From the IMG/VR virus record IMGVR_UViG_2595698952_000001, positions 96,001 to 160,000 of that record: DNA of 64,000 nucleotides. One strand, given 5' to 3'. Shown here in pieces: positions 28,208-36,900 of this stretch. Under the pieces are notes generated by a model, which was not told the DNA's origin, did no database searches, and was given only the letters and a program-made list of their open reading frames with translations. The position numbers and the translations under genes were made by a program. Source of the DNA: a virus. Taxonomy: Duplodnaviria > Caudoviricetes. Position 1 is the stretch's first letter. Every line of letters starts with the position of its first letter.

Positions 28208-28681
28208 ATGACTCCAATTAACTATAACTTGGTAGTGAAAGAACTTTCGAACGGTCTGGTTGCATTGGACAGTGACGAAGCCCTGAGCTTGGCAATGCTC
28301 CCGCATGTGGAGCTGAGCGAATTCCGTACCATCCGCTACGGCGCTGGCCGTCAGAAAGGGGTGACCGAACACGCCATCAACATGGCGGCGCACCACAGAG
28401 GGTCGGTGCTTATCCTTGTCCATCATGAAGCGTTACGCAATGAAGCGATGCGTAAGTTCCATGCGAAGGCATCGGGAGATGGGTGGTTAACTGTGCATTG
28501 CAGTTACCTGCCTGAGAACTGGAAACAGGCTACCGGCTCTGGACTCTCTGGTTATGAGAAGTTCAGTCTGGTCATTGTCGATGAGGCCGGGTTCTTCTTC
28601 AACAAATTTAGCTTTGACAAAATCTACCGCAGTCTGGTCGATGTTGTGACGCCGGACGTGGTTATCCATCTCATCAATTAA
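28208..28681 (+). CDS. Small P-loop/RecA-like domain protein with variant Walker A
   Basis: AGRQKGVT (RQxGKT-like), LILVH, LVIVDEA (Walker B). Confidence 0.6.
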   Translation: MTPINYNLVVKELSNGLVALDSDEALSLAMLPHVELSEFRTIRYGAGRQKGVTEHAINMAAHHRGSVLILVHHEALRNEAMRKFHAKASGDGWLTVHCSYLPENWKQATGSGLSGYEKFSLVIVDEAGFFFNKFSFDKIYRSLVDVVTPDVVIHLIN

Positions 28682-28692
28682 GAGAACACGCA

Positions 28693-28848
28693 ATGAGCAA
28701 TAAAGAGCAGGTACAGGAATCACAGCTGGCAGCTGACCCAATGGACTTTGGTGACATCCCAGGTCTTGACCCGGATGCCGGTGTTGTCGGTGGTGTTGAT
28801 GCAGCTATCGAAGACGATGGTTGTGCTGGCGGTGCCTGCAAAATTTAA
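28693..28848 (+). CDS. 51-aa acidic peptide ending in an NrdA-like redox tail
   Basis: MSNKEQVQESQLAADPMDFGDIPGLDPDAGVVGGVDAAIEDDGCAGGACKI*; fills the gap between a gene and a terminator; below the ORF-track length cutoff. Confidence 0.8.
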   Translation: MSNKEQVQESQLAADPMDFGDIPGLDPDAGVVGGVDAAIEDDGCAGGACKI

Positions 28849-28854
28849 CAAATA

Positions 28855-28889
28855 GGTGTGTCCATATGGACACACCACTTTATTTTTTT
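28855..28889 (+). terminator. Rho-independent terminator
   Basis: GGTGTGTCC-ATAT-GGACACACC followed by TTTATTTTTTT. Confidence 0.8.
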
Positions 28890-28908
28890 ACCCAAAAGGA
28901 AAATTATC

Positions 28909-29814
28909 ATGGGCGATCGTTTTGTTATTCAGATTCCGTACAACGTTATTGTAAACCCGAATGCGTATTTAGAGCAGATTAACACCCTGCTGGCAGGCTT
29001 CTGTCATCGCCAGCACGCGACCCCGTGGTCGTTTGAAGCGCTGTACTCACTGAGCGTTAACAGTGAGACCGGCAGTACCCGCGTTGAAGGGAAGGTGAAA
29101 ACCGAAGACGGTCGTCTGGAAATCAACGATTTCGAAATGCCGTGGCAACTGAAAGATGTTGAGTTCAACGGCAAAGTTAACCATCCGCGTTATATCCCAC
29201 TCTTCTCTGTTGGCCAGTGTATTGACAATGTACTGGGCTGGTCTGCTGCGCGTGGTATTCTGGAAAACGGCAAATGGGACACCCAGGTGACCAAGCTGTA
29301 TGAAGAAGACGGTGAAGCGGCGACCGGTATCAGCAAATCGAAAGAGCGCCTTATCATGGACGGTCTGGGTGATGCTCTGGTGGTGCTGGTTAACGTGATG
29401 GAACTGTCGGGTATCGGTGCAGGTAAATTACGCGAGTGTTTTGTTGACGCCACGCTGGCACGCAACAACAGCAACAACAAAGTCAATAGCTACGGCCCAC
29501 ACCGCCTGTTCCACTGGATGCGTATGTGTCTGACTATCGGTAATCAGGTGCTGTACACTGCGTACGATACCTACCTCGAGAACGACGAGAACCGTGGTAA
29601 GAAGTTCTCTATTGAGCTGGGTGAAACCAACGCTTCCCGTCACGCCGAATCATTCATTGGTCACGCCACCCATGCGGTGCACGCGATGTTGCTGCTCGCC
29701 GATCACTACAACATGCCTATCGAACATTGCTTCTCCCTGGCGTGGGATGAAATCAAAGACCGTAAAGGGTTCTTGAACGCCGACGGCATCTTCATTAAAG
29801 AAGCTGACGCCTAA
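28909..29814 (+). CDS. MazG-like nucleotide pyrophosphohydrolase with extra N-terminal domain
   Basis: QVTKLYEEDGEAA...DGLGDALVVL...CFSLAWDEIKDRKG...GIFIKE; AAGGA RBS. Confidence 0.85.
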   Translation: MGDRFVIQIPYNVIVNPNAYLEQINTLLAGFCHRQHATPWSFEALYSLSVNSETGSTRVEGKVKTEDGRLEINDFEMPWQLKDVEFNGKVNHPRYIPLFSVGQCIDNVLGWSAARGILENGKWDTQVTKLYEEDGEAATGISKSKERLIMDGLGDALVVLVNVMELSGIGAGKLRECFVDATLARNNSNNKVNSYGPHRLFHWMRMCLTIGNQVLYTAYDTYLENDENRGKKFSIELGETNASRHAESFIGHATHAVHAMLLLADHYNMPIEHCFSLAWDEIKDRKGFLNADGIFIKEADA

Positions 29815-29841
29815 TATAAAAAAGACAGAGGTACTATTCGC

Positions 29842-30669
29842 ATGAAAATCTTCTTAGTCACTGATGAGTTCATTGCAGGAACGGTTAATCCGTCGTTTCG
29901 CGCGGTCGTTATTGCGGCGGATGAATCCGGTGCCCGTTGGGTGGTAGCCCGGCAGAAGGCGGGGCCGGGGATGGAAAATGTCCGGCAAGCCTGCGCCATC
30001 TCGTTAGGTGAAACCGAAGTCGGGGAAGAAACCGTTCTGTCCTACACCACCGGTATCGGGACTGGGAGCATGGTGAAAACCCATCCCCCGATTCCACTGG
30101 AGGCAGACGAGTTTTACCGGGTGAGTGTAGAAACTGTACGTGACCCCTTAGCGCCACTCCCTCAACACCCCGACCGTTTAGGCGATAACCAGGTCTCGTA
30201 CTGGTTCTCTCAGCACACCGGAATTATGATGCGTTTAACCGAACGGGAAACTGTTCTGCCAAACCTGACCGGTGAAAAAGGCGTGTACTCTGAGAAAGAA
30301 AGTTACGCGCAATACTGGCGGCTGTCGCACAACGCAAAACGTCCCGAATTCTCACCAACTGAATCGTTGAACGTTGAGCATTATTTGGCCCGCCCGGAAT
30401 CCGCCAATATCTATACCTTGGCTGAAACACACAGCATCATCTCCCGGCTTTCTCAGGCACCGTATCATGCCGAAGCGCCAAGAGAGTTGTTGTCCTACCT
30501 GTGGGATAACTTTGTTTCCTACAAAGAGGTGGGGTCGGACACGCTGGTAAAAGACCTGCTGTTGTTCAATGGGCAGCAACTGTGGTTCCAGGCAGAGAAA
30601 GCGCGTGACTGGTTTATAACAGTACCGCAATGTATCACGCTGGTACGCAACCTTAACACGGATGCTTAA
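29842..30669 (+). CDS. Hypothetical protein
   Basis: 275 aa, GAGGT RBS. Confidence 0.75.
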   Translation: MKIFLVTDEFIAGTVNPSFRAVVIAADESGARWVVARQKAGPGMENVRQACAISLGETEVGEETVLSYTTGIGTGSMVKTHPPIPLEADEFYRVSVETVRDPLAPLPQHPDRLGDNQVSYWFSQHTGIMMRLTERETVLPNLTGEKGVYSEKESYAQYWRLSHNAKRPEFSPTESLNVEHYLARPESANIYTLAETHSIISRLSQAPYHAEAPRELLSYLWDNFVSYKEVGSDTLVKDLLLFNGQQLWFQAEKARDWFITVPQCITLVRNLNTDA

Positions 30670-30671
30670 CC

Positions 30672-31109
30672 ATGGAAAAACGACTGCACACTTTCGATTA
30701 CAACGGACGTGAGCAGTTGTTTGTAGACGGTGAGCTGTGGGAAGACCACGGTCTCACCCTGCAACAACTGTGGAAGTTAAAGTTACTGTCAAGTCGACAC
30801 GGCGGGTTAGAGTTCGTCTTTACCGACCAACCTATTCCTGAGCAAGTGTGGACTGACCAACGTGACTTGCTGTTCTGGGAGGTTCGTGAGTCGTTCCTGA
30901 AGAAGGTGTTGTACACGCATAGTTGGCGTGGAGGATGCCATAGTCCAGCGAATGTATTGAAACTCTCTGAACGGTACGGCACCGAGATGGCGTACATCCA
31001 GACATGGCCGAAGGAACTGGATGAAAACAGTTTGGTGGTCTGGTGGTCAGCCCCGCAAGGTAGCGATCGGGCTACCGTCCGAATCGTGTTCGAACACGAC
31101 TACAAATAA
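30672..31109 (+). CDS. Hypothetical protein
   Basis: 145 aa, closely spaced in the operon. Confidence 0.7.
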   Translation: MEKRLHTFDYNGREQLFVDGELWEDHGLTLQQLWKLKLLSSRHGGLEFVFTDQPIPEQVWTDQRDLLFWEVRESFLKKVLYTHSWRGGCHSPANVLKLSERYGTEMAYIQTWPKELDENSLVVWWSAPQGSDRATVRIVFEHDYK

Positions 31110-31118
31110 AATAAAAGT

Positions 31119-31154
31119 CGAGTAGCCCAATGGGCTACTCGCTTTCTTTTTTTG
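31119..31154. terminator. Bidirectional terminator
   Basis: CGAGTAGCCC-AAT-GGGCTACTCG flanked by A/T tracts. Confidence 0.85.
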
Positions 31155-31156
31155 TC

Positions 31157-31699
31157 TTAAGATGCAGACGTGTCGTAAACCAGGCCATCTAACTGGGTGT
31201 CAGTGACCAGTTTACTGATGTCCGAACCGTCGGCCGGTACTTCCATGAGGTACACTTCAAGCCTACCGATCCAGGCAAAGGATTTGCCGTTGAACCGTAA
31301 GCTGTGTTTGTCACCGGACACTGCTTCCGTGGGATAGATTTCATCCTCGGTGATGATAAGGTTATACTTATCCCGAATCAACGGCAACAGTCCAGCAGCG
31401 GTAGTCACCCCCGTTCCGTCCACGGAGATAACAATACCGTCAAACAAGTGATCCATAAACAAACGACGATAAGTTACCGTGAACTTGCCGAACGTCCCTT
31501 TATCCAGGATACCATTCACGTCCATCGTGGTGTTTAACCGCGTGTAGTACGTGGGGTCATCCTCACCGGGCCCAGCGAGATTAGAAGGGGTACCGAATGC
31601 CAGCATATCCGACGTAATCCCTTTTGTCGTAAAGCCGGGGTTCTTGGCCACGATTAATTCGTAGACCAACTCTTTTGCGCTTTTACCAAACAGACTCAT
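31157..31699 (-). CDS. Putative virion (tail/baseplate) protein
   Basis: ELI..KNP...FGTP...NT...G.F.V.YRRL pattern typical of jumbo-phage virion domains; last gene of the tail operon. Confidence 0.6.
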   Translation of the reverse strand: MSLFGKSAKELVYELIVAKNPGFTTKGITSDMLAFGTPSNLAGPGEDDPTYYTRLNTTMDVNGILDKGTFGKFTVTYRRLFMDHLFDGIVISVDGTGVTTAAGLLPLIRDKYNLIITEDEIYPTEAVSGDKHSLRFNGKSFAWIGRLEVYLMEVPADGSDISKLVTDTQLDGLVYDTSAS

Positions 31700-31730
31700 T
31701 CTGTTTTCCTCTCTGCGATGTAAATTACCC

Positions 31731-33941
31731 TTAACGGGCCTGCGTCAGGAATATGTTCGCAATTTGTCGGGCAGGTACAAGGTCAAATGCAGCGTTCATG
31801 ATGTTACCTTGCGACCAAGCAGAGGCGGCGTTCTGTGCCCAGATGGACGCATTGATTTTCGCCCGCTCAATCCCAACCACACGTTCGCGCAGGGTAGCAG
31901 CACCCAACACGGCCATGAACTCACTGAATTTATTATCGTCGTCCCACACGCCGGTATCCGTAACGATAGGCATGTACATGACGCGCGACAAGTCGCGGAT
32001 AGTCACCTGAATATCACACGACAACGGCACCCCATCACCACGCCACCCAAGACCCCCAGCACCGAACTGCAACGACAGGTTCGTTACCATGGCATTACGC
32101 ATGGAGTAACGACCGCGTGAGTAGCACTCGAGATAGAACGGGTGTGTAAACGATTGTTTACCGGTAGCAATAGGACAAACGGCCGCTAACCAAAACGACA
32201 TCGGTACGAGCAAATCCTGGAACACGTCCAAATCATTACCTGACCAACAACGGAGTGGGATACTCATGGTGATATCGTCGCCTGACGTATCTGAGGAATC
32301 CCACACCTCGGGGAAGTCAATCACTGACGAGTTGTACAGTGACATAATCCCGGACAGGTGTAACAAGTCCAGTGCGCCGGTGAATGCGGACTTCAAGCCA
32401 GTGACCAGACCGTCGATGGCATCAAAGCCGGTCTTGCCCCCTGACAGGTTTACTTCCAACGAACGGGCTTTCTGGGTGACGGAGTTCACGGTGCCGGAAA
32501 TCTCCGGTTCTTTAGTGGTGTTCGAGAAGTTACGGGAGACGGTATCCCGCCCGTCAATCTTCCAGGTTACCCACTGCGAGCCGTTACGGATTTCGGAAGC
32601 CGCCTGTTCAGACACATTGTCCCAGGTACGCTCCATCATCCCGACCATGTCTTTAAAGAATGAACCCACGTTTTCTTTTTGCCCTTCTGCCATCCAGTTT
32701 TCAATCTTGCCGATGTCCAGGTTGTTCTCGTCCATCGCGGTGGCGGAGTTCTGCGCATTCGCGGCGTTTTCCTGGTTCTTTTTCATCTCGTCAAGTTGTG
32801 ATTGGAGTTTCTGCTCTTTGGCCTTCGCCGAGTTCTCAAAGTCCTGGGCAGTGCCGCCGGACTGCTGGGCGTCAGTAATCCCGCCTTGCATTCCGTTGAC
32901 CAACTCGTTTTCTTGCTGGGTGGCATCATTGAACCCGGCCGAATAGGCAGGGTCTTTGCGGGCTACCGTTTCCAACATCCCCAGCGTCACTTCAAACTGT
33001 GCCGCATCGGTTTGCACTTTGGTGGAATATGTAGCTTCGTTGTAGAACGCTCTCAAACGTTCCGCGAAATCCTCTTCGTTATCCCCGGCCTTCTTGCGAA
33101 TCTCTTCGATGGTCTTCGCCTGGTAGTTCGCCAGGGTCTGATAACGGTTGATCATGCGGTAGATATCGAACTCACCGTTGTCCTTCCAGATAGCCGGGAG
33201 CATCGAGTACCAGTCTTCACGTTCTGCGTTGTACTTGTTTTCCTTGTCGTTAACATCGTAACCTAAGGCAAACGTACCGAGTACCCCGGTTGGGACTAAA
33301 CGACGGTAGACCAACTGTGTGTTGACCATGTTCTGCACCGCGCGCAGATACAGGTGCATCGTTGGCATCACGTAGTAGTAACGTGAGGTTTCTTTGTTCA
33401 GTACCACTTTCAGGATACGGGGAGTAATCAGGATGATGGCAAAGGCCACTGTCCCAACGGTCGCCCACAACGCAGCGGCGGCCACGTAGGTTCCGATAGA
33501 ACGCAACATCCCCGGATAGTTACCAGTACGCGCCAGGTACGCCAGGTTGGAGTCGTACATGTTCGCAAAGAATGCGGCTACCCCAAGGTAACGCGGTTTA
33601 CCAAAACGACAATGAAGATAGTACGCGTTCTGGTTAATCGATTCCCAGTAGAAGGTACCGAGCTTATAAGACCCGCGCGCATCCTGGCCAGAGATTTGGC
33701 CTTGTGCCGCGGAACTTGTGGAAGTTGGTTGTGCGAACGCTCCGGTGGAGGGAGGGTCTGCAAACAACGTGAACTGTGGGGGTGCATTGATAGCGCGAGA
33801 ACCACCCATCGTGGTATCTTCAAACGACATCATCGCATTTGAGAAACGACGAAGACCCATGAATCGTTCGTCGCGACGCTCCCCTGTCCCACCGAATAGC
33901 GTCTGAACCCAACTTGTGTCTTCTAACTTGCGTGCATCCAC
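31731..33941 (-). CDS. Tail/baseplate structural protein (phiKZ gp182-like)
   Basis: 736 aa; FEDTTMGGSRAINAPPQFT, FPEVW..S, PFYLECYSRGR; directly downstream of the tape measure gene. Confidence 0.7.
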   Translation of the reverse strand: MDARKLEDTSWVQTLFGGTGERRDERFMGLRRFSNAMMSFEDTTMGGSRAINAPPQFTLFADPPSTGAFAQPTSTSSAAQGQISGQDARGSYKLGTFYWESINQNAYYLHCRFGKPRYLGVAAFFANMYDSNLAYLARTGNYPGMLRSIGTYVAAAALWATVGTVAFAIILITPRILKVVLNKETSRYYYVMPTMHLYLRAVQNMVNTQLVYRRLVPTGVLGTFALGYDVNDKENKYNAEREDWYSMLPAIWKDNGEFDIYRMINRYQTLANYQAKTIEEIRKKAGDNEEDFAERLRAFYNEATYSTKVQTDAAQFEVTLGMLETVARKDPAYSAGFNDATQQENELVNGMQGGITDAQQSGGTAQDFENSAKAKEQKLQSQLDEMKKNQENAANAQNSATAMDENNLDIGKIENWMAEGQKENVGSFFKDMVGMMERTWDNVSEQAASEIRNGSQWVTWKIDGRDTVSRNFSNTTKEPEISGTVNSVTQKARSLEVNLSGGKTGFDAIDGLVTGLKSAFTGALDLLHLSGIMSLYNSSVIDFPEVWDSSDTSGDDITMSIPLRCWSGNDLDVFQDLLVPMSFWLAAVCPIATGKQSFTHPFYLECYSRGRYSMRNAMVTNLSLQFGAGGLGWRGDGVPLSCDIQVTIRDLSRVMYMPIVTDTGVWDDDNKFSEFMAVLGAATLRERVVGIERAKINASIWAQNAASAWSQGNIMNAAFDLVPARQIANIFLTQAR

Positions 33942-33953
33942 GTTTCACCTCTT

Positions 33954-33979
33954 AAAGAAAAGGGGGCATTGCTGCCCCC
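33954..33979 (-). terminator. Terminator-like hairpin between the tape measure and next tail gene
   Basis: GGGGGCA-ttgc-TGCCCCC with an A-tract on the + strand 5' side (U-tract on minus). Confidence 0.55.
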
Positions 33980-33983
33980 GTAT

Positions 33984-36900
33984 TTAGCCGACCTTGCGTT
34001 GGACGTTCAGCGAAGGTGCGGGTTGAGTGATGGGTTGTTGGCGAGAGGCTGAGCCCGCGGGTGCTTGCCCTTGTGCTTGTGCCTGGTTCCCACCTGTCGA
34101 TAAACCACGACCGGGGTTCGCCTTCATGTAGTCGCGGATTTCTTTCAGATACCCGGCTGACTCTTTCAGGACATTCAGCTGTTGCACATCGACCGGCACG
34201 GTGTTCAGTGTCGGTGTTGATGCTGTAGCGTCTGAACTGTTGGCCGCAGGTTGCTGCGCGGCTTTTTGCAGTTGCTTCTCAGCCCCTGCTTTGACCTTCG
34301 CAACATCCGTTGGTGACAGCCCGTCTGCTGCTGCGGCAGCTGCTACCCCATCCGCAGTGGTCGACGCATCACCTCCGCTGGTACCTGCCCCTGGAGACGG
34401 TACCGCAGGCCCTGCATTCCCTGACGCCGTGGCTTGTGCATCCGCGGCCGCTTGTGCCCCTTTTGCATCCAGTGCGTCATCACGACGAGCTGCGTTATCG
34501 GCAGGCAAGTCGTCTGCCGCCCCGGCAATCGACGGGTCATTAGCCGCACCGGCTGCCACCGCTGGGTTAGCCGGAGACAGGTTCTTCGTCAAATCAGCCG
34601 TCATTCCTGGCGCTGCACTCATCACGTTGGCCGAGACAGCACCCATGCGACGGTTCAACTCCTGAATCACTTCACCGATTGTCCGGTTGCGACCTTGTCC
34701 ATCGTAGAACACCCCTTTGTTCCCTGAGAGAATCGCCGCGGTAATCCCTGGCGCACGCGCCGATGGAGCCGTTGGGTTCTTCTGCCAGGCTTTGAGGAAC
34801 AGTTTACCGCCACCGGCACCGAGGAAGTGGTACAGGTACGCCACCGCTGGCGGTGGTGCTGCGCCACCCAAGTCACGCTGCGCGGAAGCGATGTTGTCAC
34901 GGATAAACTGCATCCCCAGCAGGGTGTTCGCCCACGGGTCAAGTTGCCCGCCGTTACGGTTCAGTTTGTTCGGAATACCAAACTTATTCCCGTGCCCTTT
35001 CATCATGTCGCCCCAGGTTCCGTTAATGAACTGGAACAACCCACCGGCTGACCCGGCACTGTTGGTCACGGTATAGTCGTAGCTTGATTCCGCTTTCGCC
35101 ATTGCCAAGGCAACGGCTGGCGGAACCCCGAACATCTTCGCCGCATCCACAATCATCGACTGGATGGCTTGGACATTCAATGCCCCACGACGACCCAATT
35201 TCTCTATCGGGTACTTCTCCGCTAGAGATTTGTAATCCCCGGCCTGGACTTCCCCGAGACTAATCCCGGACTGACCAGTGGTCATCTTCGCGTAGTTCTC
35301 AATCCCCCCGACCGCATCGACCGATTGTGATAGGTCGTTCGGTGTCCCGTTAAAGCCCGGCGCTGCCGCATAGCCGTTTGCACGGTTTGCCGCATCCGAC
35401 CCTTTCCCGTAGGTTTCAAAGAACTTGCTTTGTGGGTCATCTCCAGAGGTCTGGAAGAAGTTGGTGTTCTTATCACGACGCTGCCATTGGGCACGTTTCC
35501 CAGCAGATTGCGTTTCCTTCAACAGGTTACGCACTGCCAGGTCAGCTTCCTTCGACAACACACGCAAGGTTTCCAACTCTTTGTCGACAGTACGTGGGTC
35601 TGTGTTGGCTTCACCGCCCAATGGGTTGAACGGGATTTCCCACACCGACTGACGTACGCCCCCTTTCAGGTTGTACGCACCACGTACCAGCAAGGCGATT
35701 TCGTACAGATAACCACCCGTCATTTTCAGGTTCAATGGATCACCGGCAGGCAGGTAGCGCTTCACCCCAACGAGGAACGTCATGAAGGCTGGTAAGAAGC
35801 GGCTAAAGAACCACAACTTGTACCTGTCTTCTTTCGGTCCCCCAATGGCGTCAGGTGCCAGCACTGCCACCGCTTTCTTCCAATCCCCTTTGTAACTGGC
35901 AGACTTCGTATCGACGTCTTTGATGACTTCCTTCTCGAAGAGGTTCAACTGCGTACGGGCCGCAGAATCAATCGTCACCAACCCGTACGTTTTCCAACGC
36001 AGGGATTCGAGGGCATCCAAATCTTTCTTGTCTGCCACCGCATTCCAGTCGACCTGAATCTGTACCTGTTCGGTACCGTCTTCCCAGCCTTGGGTTTTGA
36101 TGGTGTTGTCGTTACGCGCCTTATCCAGCGCGGCCAGTTTCTGGGTTGATTCCGCAACCGACGCTGACTTGACCCCATCCACCGCCTCACGCATCCCTTT
36201 CTTCTCAGCGATTTTATCATCAACCAGCCAATCAATCTCTTTCCCTACCCGGTCTTGCACCTTCATCACTTCATCCGCATCCAGCAAGTCCGGTGAGGTG
36301 AAGGTGATGGCATCCCAGGCTTTCGAGAAGAAGCCCTGATTCACTTTACGTGGGTCAGTTAGGGCATGGAAAGCGTTGGCGTCTTTCGACATCTTCACTT
36401 TCGCCCAGAGGCGCTTCTGATCCGCTTTCGAGGTTTTCGATTGGTCAGCCACATCGGCTAACTGGATATCATTGTCCATCGACTTCAAGGCGGTTACCCA
36501 ACGCAGGTAGACCGGCACGAAACGTTGCAGCATGAACGCCTGGAAGGCCAGCATTTCGCCTTTCTCTTCCAGATTCACCCCGTACCCTTCGGCGAGTTTC
36601 TCTACGTCTTTGGCAGCCATACCACGCAAGGTGGCTTGTCCTTTGTCATCGTAGCTGATGTATTGTTTGATGTTGTCTTCGAGGAAGCGGGCTTTTGCAC
36701 CGTCATCGGATGACCAGGCATCGTTGTTGCGATAACCGTACTGGGCCAAACGCATTTTGTCTAAACGCAATGCGGCTTTGTACGTGGCGATATGGTAAGC
36801 CAGCCAGGATGCGCCGACGACAGCAGCCCCGATAGCAATGGCAGGCCAACCGACCGCAGCAACCACCGCAGAGGCGGCTGTGTACAGTCCGGTTGCCACC

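Noticed and set aside
32266-33266. Several 150-226 aa + strand ORFs opposite tail genes (and similar shadows elsewhere, e.g. 17265-17945, 47312-47992)
   Set aside because: Antisense frames of long, codon-biased real genes; no RBS or recognisable motifs.
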